From NCBI GenBank assembly GCA_016932785.1, contig JAFGCJ010000002.1, positions 209,777 through 273,776 of the forward strand: 64,000 nucleotides of DNA, in the 5' to 3' direction. The notes below the pieces were generated by a model. The model searched no databases, was not told the DNA's origin, and saw only the letters and a program-made list of their open reading frames with translations. Source of the stretch: Candidatus Dojkabacteria bacterium. GTDB lineage: Bacteria; Patescibacteriota; Dojkabacteria; SC72; JAFGCJ01. Numbering within the stretch: the first letter of the stretch is position 1; each line of letters starts with the position of its first letter. The position numbers were made by a program, and so were the translations under genes. This document shows positions 57,530-64,000 of the stretch, in pieces.

Positions 57530-58207
57530 TTATAGAGCAGCCCAATCTGAATATCCATCAGGCTGTGCAAGAATATACACCCCTTCATCACAAGCAACCA
57601 TAAGACTCTCCCAGTCCTCAAAATCTCTATTTCGATATACATACCTATACCCCTGATTTTCCCTTTTCCACTCACCCGAAGCATATTTTGCAGACATCCG
57701 ATTCATCACAGTCTCTACGTCCTCCTTTGATAATTCTTCACCTTCACATCCCATATCAGTAAATGTAATCATTCCACCATATACAAGATCCTCGCCCTTT
57801 TTGAACTCAATAAGGACATCATAATCTCCCTTATCCCAGAAAATGCTTGAAAACAAAGGTAGCTCATTATCCTCAGTTTCGCTTGGATCACCAAGGAGGT
57901 CTCTTAAATCTGAAATTTTCTTCTTATTGAAATCCTCAAGCCTTACTGAAAGATTCTGATATCCTTGATCCTCCTCTTCCTCGTTGTCATCATCCTCCGA
58001 GGCATTCTTATTGCCTTCTTCACTTTTCTTACTTTCCGTATTCTCTGAGTCATTAGAACTATTCCAATTGGACCCCAAGGAGAAACACGCACAACACGAA
58101 ACTATTAGAATTATAACAATAGTCAAAATCACAATAACAAGAGGAATTTTGCTCTTTTTCTCGGTAGGTTTTGCTGAATCAGGTGAAGAACTAGTACTTT
58201 TAGGCAT
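57530..58207 (-). CDS. membrane-anchored protein with an acidic linker
   Basis: N-terminal TM segment IPLVIVILTIVIILIVSCCACF, then an Asp/Glu/Asn-rich linker and a C-terminal globular part. Confidence 0.55.
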   Translation of the reverse strand: MPKSTSSSPDSAKPTEKKSKIPLVIVILTIVIILIVSCCACFSLGSNWNSSNDSENTESKKSEEGNKNASEDDDNEEEEDQGYQNLSVRLEDFNKKKISDLRDLLGDPSETEDNELPLFSSIFWDKGDYDVLIEFKKGEDLVYGGMITFTDMGCEGEELSKEDVETVMNRMSAKYASGEWKRENQGYRYVYRNRDFEDWESLMVACDEGVYILAQPDGYSDWAAL

Positions 58208-58302
58208 ATGAGGACCTCTAAGAGCTTAGTTAGTTCAATTATACGAAATACTTCAGGCTATATCAAAATTAATGCTTTCACTAAATATTAGCAAATTAAA
58301 AT

Positions 58303-58329
58303 AGTTCCAAAATCCGTCCCACCACCTAC
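58303..58329 (+). repeat. C-rich cassette-boundary repeat, copy 1 (right part missing)
   Basis: AGTTCCAAAATCCGTCCCACCACCTAC. Identical to copy 2 over 32 nt when 5 nt of left flank are included. Confidence 0.85.
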
Positions 58330-58342
58330 GCTAGACATAAAA

Positions 58343-58972
58343 TCATTTAGATAATAGCTCTATCGCCTTTTCAGTATTCATACCTTCAGGATTCGATAAT
58401 GTCTCTTTATAACACCTTCTGTATGTATCCTTAGTTGTATTCAACGTGAAAAGATTGCTTGTTATCTTTACTTCATCCACCCCTTCAAAGTTGCTGCTGT
58501 ATACATAAGCAGCAAAATCTGTACTTTCATACTTTACACTATCCATAGGATAATCACTCTGATAAACAACTGTAATAACAAGAACATTTCCACTAAGTTT
58601 TATGCTAATTAACTCATTACTAGAATATAAAGGGTTAGACTCGACCATGATACTCACATAATCAGTGATACTATCAATATCAAGCTCATAGGTTTCACCT
58701 GCAAACGGGTCCTCATCGGAATTAAAGATGAGCTCGTCCTCAGTTACACGATTATCATCATTATTATTATCTCTATTATCATTCCTTACACTGTCCGATT
58801 CAGCAGAAGATGGTTCTTTGTCAACTTGGGAATCGCCCTCTCTGAAACCAGGAATCACAATGAGGAAAACAATCATAACAGAAACACATAGCCCAAATAG
58901 AGCAATTAATCCGAAAACATTTACTATTTTCTTATTCTTCCGAAAAAAAACAGAAATATTTTCTTGGTTCAT
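58343..58972 (-). CDS. membrane-anchored protein with an Asp/Asn-rich linker
   Basis: N-terminal TM helix and a DNRDNNNDDN linker. It has the same architecture as 57530-58207. Confidence 0.55.
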   Translation of the reverse strand: MNQENISVFFRKNKKIVNVFGLIALFGLCVSVMIVFLIVIPGFREGDSQVDKEPSSAESDSVRNDNRDNNNDDNRVTEDELIFNSDEDPFAGETYELDIDSITDYVSIMVESNPLYSSNELISIKLSGNVLVITVVYQSDYPMDSVKYESTDFAAYVYSSNFEGVDEVKITSNLFTLNTTKDTYRRCYKETLSNPEGMNTEKAIELLSK

Positions 58973-59099
58973 ATATGTCTAGACAAAGTTTATTGCCACA
59001 TATAAAGTCTATTCAAATTCTCTCATATAATAGAAAACAAATTAAGCTCTTTACCAGAAGCATAGAAAATTTTAGGAATCATATTGTCAATTGCAAAAT

Positions 59100-59133
59100 A
59101 GTTCCAAAATCCGTCCCACCACCTACCCCAAAA
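59100..59133 (+). repeat. C-rich cassette-boundary repeat, copy 2
   Basis: AGTTCCAAAATCCGTCCCACCACCTACCCCAAAA. Confidence 0.85.
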
Positions 59134-59202
59134 TTATAAAAATTCTTTACAGCAAAACAATATTTCCTCAATCATCTATAATCATAATCTGATAATTTCG
59201 TA

Positions 59203-60147
59203 CTATCTATCATCCTCTTGTGGCAAGCCTAAAACATCTCTGGCAAAAACATCATGATTTATGGTGAAACAACTAGCAATCCTTCTAAAATTCTCATATC
59301 CAGCATCATAAGAAGCTTGTTCTTCAATTGCTCGTCCTTTTGCCATACCAAAAATAGAAGCAGCCCCAATACCCAATAGTCCCAAAACCATAACATTTTC
59401 AATAGCTGTGGAAGATGCATCCATTTGATGCATGTATTTACCTATTGCGTCTAGTACAAAATATCCAGCAACAGCGGGGGCTATAGCAAGACCATACTTG
59501 ACGGCAGCTTTCCTACCTGCATGATGAATATGTTCATATTCATGTGCTAATACCCATGCTGAAGGTCTTTTCATTGCTGTCTCTAGTAGTTTACCCATGA
59601 ATCTCTTGGCTCTATCTCGTTGTTCTTCGATTGGTCTACCAGGCATGAGTTCCCCCTCTTTTGCTGCCCGTAAATAGCGTCTTTTTCTCTCGGGATCACC
59701 GGCAAAAACCTCTACATCTTTTTTCTTCAACAATTGATATGGCCAGAAAGCAGGAAAAAATGTCTGAAAAAACTTAGTATTCATAAATTTCTGCCAAAAA
59801 TCTTTTTCTTCTCTTGGAGTACTTGGAATCTCCTCACCCATTCGTTCTAGAAGGTCTACGTAAATACCCCTAATATTGTTCACTAGTCTTCTTTGATTAA
59901 TAACAATCGCCTGTCTAGTAACATCATATGAGGCTAACTCCGGACCAGATAATTCACCATCGGTAATAACCAATGGCTTCAAAACAGAATCTGAATATCC
60001 GATTTCTGATAAAGCCTGCCCAAGAGCGTCTCCATCCACTTGGAATAAGGCGTCACATTCTTCCATATTTTCATATTCTACCTTTACAGTCGGAGAAGCA
60101 GATCCACTTTCAGCGAAGGCCTCTACCGTTGGAGATATCTCACTCAT
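59203..60147 (-). CDS. HExxH zinc-metalloprotease-like membrane protein (M48/M56-like)
   Basis: WVLAHEYEHIHH motif followed by two hydrophobic helices. Confidence 0.55.
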   Translation of the reverse strand: MSEISPTVEAFAESGSASPTVKVEYENMEECDALFQVDGDALGQALSEIGYSDSVLKPLVITDGELSGPELASYDVTRQAIVINQRRLVNNIRGIYVDLLERMGEEIPSTPREEKDFWQKFMNTKFFQTFFPAFWPYQLLKKKDVEVFAGDPERKRRYLRAAKEGELMPGRPIEEQRDRAKRFMGKLLETAMKRPSAWVLAHEYEHIHHAGRKAAVKYGLAIAPAVAGYFVLDAIGKYMHQMDASSTAIENVMVLGLLGIGAASIFGMAKGRAIEEQASYDAGYENFRRIASCFTINHDVFARDVLGLPQEDDR

Positions 60148-60254
60148 ATGTTTATTTTCTGGCCAATATAATAACTTCAGTATATCACGAGTCTAATCGA
60201 TTTCATAAAATGACCCTGCGATCCAGAGAGTAGTTTTATCATTATTTACCACAT

Positions 60255-60288
60255 AGTTCCAAAACCCTTCCCACCACTTACCCCAAAC
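60255..60288 (+). repeat. C-rich cassette-boundary repeat, copy 3
   Basis: AGTTCCAAAACCCTTCCCACCACTTACCCCAAAC. It is followed by TTTACT-17 nt-TATAAT upstream of the ATG at 60362. Confidence 0.85.
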
Positions 60289-60361
60289 CCCATAGTATTT
60301 ACTTTTTCTCATCTACTTTGTATAATCGCATTGTTCTATTCTTAATTGAGAAAAGGATTCA

Positions 60362-60925
60362 ATGGCAAAACCTGATGTAGACCCCATAACAGCTTTAAAT
60401 GAACAGCTCGACCTAGATCCTGATCAGCTGCAAGGCTTTACGGATGAATTTTCATCTGAGCTGCATCGACTTGCAGAACAATATAGAATGACACTTAAGG
60501 CCAGAGAAACAATCCAAGAAAGATTTCCTCAATTAGCAGAGCATGATCCTGAAAACTATGACGTTACAGTGGGCAAAGCATGCTTTGTAGCATTTCAGGA
60601 ACCTTTATATGTCGAACTCGAAATGACAGTTCGTGACAATTCTGGCCCGGAAGCTCGTGTTTATTGTGTCCAATGGCTAGACAAAGATTATCCTGACCTT
60701 GGTCAAAGAAAAGGATTCACCGTACTTCAACACAAAGACCCCGAAACACATCGTGCTAACGACAGAGCTTTAATAGAAAAATGGGATGAGATTCCTGCAA
60801 CCGACGAGTATGGTCAAACAATTATTGGGATTGCGCTTTATAAGTGTGCCAAAAAAATTGTTAAAGACTCGAAAGACAATATTCCAATGTTGCTTGATAC
60901 AGTACCAGTACCAGTTTCAGATTAA
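60362..60925 (+). CDS. hypothetical protein (187 aa)
   Basis: ORF with no recognised motif. Confidence 0.55.
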   Translation: MAKPDVDPITALNEQLDLDPDQLQGFTDEFSSELHRLAEQYRMTLKARETIQERFPQLAEHDPENYDVTVGKACFVAFQEPLYVELEMTVRDNSGPEARVYCVQWLDKDYPDLGQRKGFTVLQHKDPETHRANDRALIEKWDEIPATDEYGQTIIGIALYKCAKKIVKDSKDNIPMLLDTVPVPVSD

Positions 60926-60942
60926 CAAAATTCTGGAATCCA

Positions 60943-60976
60943 AGTTCCAAAATCCTTCCCACCACCCACCCCAAAA
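60943..60976 (+). repeat. C-rich cassette-boundary repeat, copy 4
   Basis: AGTTCCAAAATCCTTCCCACCACCCACCCCAAAA, lying between convergent genes. Confidence 0.85.
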
Positions 60977-60988
60977 CCTTAGTAACCC

Positions 60989-62200
60989 TCACCTAACCAG
61001 CCCTGTCCTCCTGATAAGTTCAATGCCAATTTTCGCGTCAATAACTGGACTACCCATCACCGTACATATGACAGCTTTATTCTGCAGTCCAAGCATACCT
61101 CTTGGAGCTGTACTTACATGCGATAAACTAGGAGCCTCACGAGTATACTCTTTGGTAAAAAATGGATGAAAATCACTCGTACCAAATACGTCTTTATTTC
61201 CTCGATATGCATCGAAAAAATGCGAACCAAAAGCCCGGACAAAGCCATACTTTGGTGCCCCGGTTTTAGCAATTAACAAAAACAATTTAACTTTGTCACC
61301 CGGTTGTTTTAATGCGTGATAGCCTCCAGCTAAATCATATACCACATCAACATTTGATGCAGAATCAATATCACTTTCAGGCGTAATCCTACCTAAAATG
61401 TCTGAGGGAAGTTCTGGTAACTCAGCCTCAATACGATCGCCGGGTGACTTATAGCCATTATTCCCCTTTGCTGTAATAAATATTCGATCTGGCAATCTTG
61501 GCAATGCGGCAATCGCAAAGAGCAAATTTTTGGCAGTCTTTCCAAACCCAAGGATACCAACACTAAAGGGTGCTCCTTGTTCCAAAAGATGCTCCATTAT
61601 AACAGCCGCGCTGGATACAGTACGGTAAGCTACAGGATAATCAATAACTGCGAGTGTGCCTCTATGATCCAAAATCTGCAACACACTCTGAAATCTCGGT
61701 AAACTTTTCTTTAAATTATTGGGGTTGTCAACAAACATACGAACCCCAGTAACACCAGCCGTCAAATCAGACCCAAGCATAAGCCTAACCCTCGCTCCAT
61801 TCCACTCACCTCCTATATAGCCAGTTCCCCACTTAAATTCACAGATTCGTTCCAAAGGTGATTTCCCCTCAACACCGAAAAGAACATCTCGAGAAATATC
61901 ATTAACTATCTTAAATGTATCTACAGACAGAGGCAACTGCTCTAACACCGTTTCTGATGATATATGCAGTAATTGATTTCCAATATTGGGTTTTATTGCC
62001 CCTTCTTTCGGGTCAATCTCATACAAAACACTAATACCATCAGCACCGACAATAGAGATTCTTTTTGAAGAAGTACCTCTGACATCTACATCAGGAAATC
62101 GCTCAAGCGAAACTCTAGCCTCTGTACTGAAAATGGAATGATCTTCTAACTGCTCACCTTGTTGATTCATCTCTTTGCCTGAAGGTGTTAGACCTGCCAT
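60989..62200 (-). CDS. hypothetical protein (403 aa)
   Basis: Long ORF. A possible Rossmann-like GILGFGKTAKNL is not enough for a call. Confidence 0.6.
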   Translation of the reverse strand: MAGLTPSGKEMNQQGEQLEDHSIFSTEARVSLERFPDVDVRGTSSKRISIVGADGISVLYEIDPKEGAIKPNIGNQLLHISSETVLEQLPLSVDTFKIVNDISRDVLFGVEGKSPLERICEFKWGTGYIGGEWNGARVRLMLGSDLTAGVTGVRMFVDNPNNLKKSLPRFQSVLQILDHRGTLAVIDYPVAYRTVSSAAVIMEHLLEQGAPFSVGILGFGKTAKNLLFAIAALPRLPDRIFITAKGNNGYKSPGDRIEAELPELPSDILGRITPESDIDSASNVDVVYDLAGGYHALKQPGDKVKLFLLIAKTGAPKYGFVRAFGSHFFDAYRGNKDVFGTSDFHPFFTKEYTREAPSLSHVSTAPRGMLGLQNKAVICTVMGSPVIDAKIGIELIRRTGLVR

Positions 62201-62249
62201 GAGCCTTACTAAAAAATAAGATACTTAATATTAAGCATCAAGAGCAGAA

Positions 62250-62603
62250 TTATTCTCTAATCTTCTTCCCGCCGATCACATGAAAATGAAGATGTGGAGT
62301 GCTCTGCGATTTCCCAAAGCCGGTCCTAAACTGTGCTCCAATTCTTTCCACGTCAATTGTCTCTAATATGTCCTGTGCAACCTTCACTATTTCCCACATC
62401 AATTCTTTATGCTTATCCTCTAAATCCCGCATGTCATGAATATGTTCCTTTGGAATAATCACTGCGTGAAATTCGAAAAGTGGATTTGTGTGGTAAAAGG
62501 CTAATACGTTGTCCGATTCGTATATTTTCTCGACCTTCATTTTACCTTTCAGAATCTTGTCACAGTAAATATCATAGTCACCGGGCTTAGCCATATGACG
62601 CAT
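62250..62603 (-). CDS. HIT (histidine triad) family protein
   Basis: C-terminal HLHFHVIGG histidine-triad motif. Confidence 0.8.
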   Translation of the reverse strand: MRHMAKPGDYDIYCDKILKGKMKVEKIYESDNVLAFYHTNPLFEFHAVIIPKEHIHDMRDLEDKHKELMWEIVKVAQDILETIDVERIGAQFRTGFGKSQSTPHLHFHVIGGKKIRE

Positions 62604-62615
62604 TACTTAACTAAT

Positions 62616-62966
62616 TTATTTCCCAAAATTATCACGAATAGCCTGAATTACATCTGTTACATCACCAACGAAACGCCAGAATGTAATACTTTCTTCCCTA
62701 GATTCGTTGCCATGTACATGAAATTGACCAGAAGGAAGAATCAGGCTTTCCCCCTTGTTCAGAATAATCTTCTTTGTATTATCACCATCAAATACTGTAT
62801 AAACCGACTGCCCCTGAATTTGAAACAGTTCTTCTTCAACAGTTCTGTTATGCTTATCAAGAGATTCTCCAGGAGCTAGGTAAAGAAGTCCTATGCTCGA
62901 TTCTTGGTCTGAGTGAAGTACAGTTATCTCTCCTTGTGGTATTTTGAATGTTTCAACCATGTTCAA
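62616..62966 (-). CDS. cupin domain protein
   Basis: About 116 aa with cupin-like GESLDKH...E and GESLILPSGQFHVHGN blocks. Confidence 0.55.
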   Translation of the reverse strand: MNMVETFKIPQGEITVLHSDQESSIGLLYLAPGESLDKHNRTVEEELFQIQGQSVYTVFDGDNTKKIILNKGESLILPSGQFHVHGNESREESITFWRFVGDVTDVIQAIRDNFGK

Positions 62967-62993
62967 TGCTGATTATAGATGTATTAAGAAAAA

Positions 62994-63027
62994 AGTTCCA
63001 AAATCCATCCCTCCACTTACCCCAAAA
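62994..63027 (+). repeat. C-rich cassette-boundary repeat, copy 5
   Basis: AGTTCCAAAATCCATCCCTCCACTTACCCCAAAA. Confidence 0.8.
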
Positions 63028-63120
63028 CCTACCACGACAACAACTACCCTACTTTCAATTGCCCCAATATTTCCAATGTGATTAAATGGAAGAAATGTAA
63101 TCACACCTATTAGCAAGAAT

Positions 63121-63849
63121 ATGATACCAGATAAAGACGCTCAAATCATTTCTAGGGAGACGCAACAGCAGCAAGATACACTAGCTCTGTTGCGTAGTAA
63201 CGGACTCGGAGAGTTAGTCGAAGCATGTGCGCATGAACTCAACCTCGTTTCATTCGAAGAAAGATCTGAAATTCCAATTCCATTGTCTCTTATCCCACAA
63301 TCAGAGACAGAACTTGACCTTGGGTCAGACGTAAGTGATACCTGCAGAGAGTTACTAAACATCATGGAAGAGCCACAACACGCGTTTGAATATCCCTTTT
63401 TTATAGGTGGATTTACTTCATCGCAAAATATATTGTCATTAGAATCACTTGCGCTTCTATACCCTGAAGGGACAACATTTCATACCAATAGTACGCTTCC
63501 CGACAAAGATCTTCTAGGAAAAGCGGTTTCAGACAATGTAGAAAAAGGAGGTAATGTTCACGTCTTAGGACACACCCATCCAGAGCCCTCTAATGAGACA
63601 AAGGAAGAATCTGTCGCAGCAAAGCTCAGCGCAGAAACAAAAACAAAATATGGGATAAGAGATGTCGGATTAAACATATCTCTGAATGACATATACCAAC
63701 TTGTCTCATTCAGAAGTACCCTGGAAGAAAGACATGACTTCAGTCTAACCGTAATGATTTGTGTATTGATGTTTAACGGAGAAATACACTTTATTTATAT
63801 TGAGAATGACAAACTACTCAGGATTACGAAGGAAATTTCTTCTGACTAA
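63121..63849 (+). CDS. hypothetical protein with a JAB/MPN-like GHTHP...SLND motif
   Basis: VHVLGHTHPEPS followed about 30 aa later by SLND. It is similar in style to 20984-21754. Confidence 0.4.
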   Translation: MIPDKDAQIISRETQQQQDTLALLRSNGLGELVEACAHELNLVSFEERSEIPIPLSLIPQSETELDLGSDVSDTCRELLNIMEEPQHAFEYPFFIGGFTSSQNILSLESLALLYPEGTTFHTNSTLPDKDLLGKAVSDNVEKGGNVHVLGHTHPEPSNETKEESVAAKLSAETKTKYGIRDVGLNISLNDIYQLVSFRSTLEERHDFSLTVMICVLMFNGEIHFIYIENDKLLRITKEISSD

Positions 63850-64000
63850 TTAGTATGTCTCTCCGAAATAAGTCACAAGTCTAAAAAAGCATTAAAAACG
63901 TCTTCCCACCTAACCATCCAGGACCTGAACTCGATCCTTCCTCATTTTTACTTCACACCAAATGAAAATTCTCTCAATCGAGTAAGATAAATCTATACCG

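Larger units (their letters stand above)
51650..58302. mobile_element. putative integrated element at tRNA-His (recombinase plus a co-oriented block of unknown genes); right boundary uncertain
   Basis: A serine recombinase abuts and overlaps the tRNA 3' end. Every ORF I call between 53289 and 58207 is on the same strand and has no housekeeping homology. The first repeat copy is at 58303. No attR was identified. Confidence 0.4.

Noticed and set aside
59080-59112. Sigma-54-like TGGAAC-N-TTGCA on the minus strand overlapping repeat copy 2
   Set aside because: The GG-to-GC spacing is one nucleotide short of the -24/-12 consensus. The TTGCA part is present only at this copy.
58303-63027. Whether the ~34-bp repeats could be a CRISPR array
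   Set aside because: The spacing is 0.7-2 kb rather than about 30-40 bp. The intervals contain full-length ORFs. The repeats lack dyad symmetry, and no cas genes are visible.

Overview
The window is 64 kb of low-GC bacterial chromosome. Hand counts on sample 60-mers give about 33-40% GC in core genes. Coding density is high. I recognise a housekeeping backbone by motif: clpP, trigger factor, LemA/TPM, sortase, mutS, hisS, clpC, murG, ftsW, pyruvate kinase, secG, def, CapA, and several small hydrolases and oxidoreductases. There are six tRNA genes: Val-GAC, His-GTG twice, Leu-TAA, Cys-GCA and Leu-CAG. I saw no rRNA and no CRISPR array. The gene repertoire (trigger factor without a PPIase domain, many lineage-specific ORFs) is reminiscent of small-genome uncultivated bacteria, but that is inference only.

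The right-hand quarter (about 49.2-64 kb) looks accessory and holds three things:
- A GC-rich (about 53-60%) secreted-protein gene behind a consensus promoter and a 430-nt leader.
- A second, divergent tRNA-His abutted by a large serine recombinase whose ORF reads antisense into the tRNA, followed by a 6.5-kb co-oriented block of unknown genes.
- Five co-oriented copies of a ~34-bp C-rich repeat that cut the last 5.6 kb into single-gene or single-operon cassettes. This array is my top candidate for an undescribed system.

Other points of interest:
- The hisS locus carries a consensus promoter, a His-codon mini-ORF with a hairpin, tRNA-His, a 342-nt structured leader and a HisRS with an N-terminal AlaX-like domain.
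- A PpsA/PPDK-like protein has the swivel-domain His replaced by Asp.
- ClpC carries a McsA-like zinc ribbon.
- A 1267-aa orphan protein sits with tandem paralogs, one of them frameshifted.
- An 87-bp direct repeat brackets a racemase gene.

All calls rest on reading the sequence and the ORF track. No database search was run.
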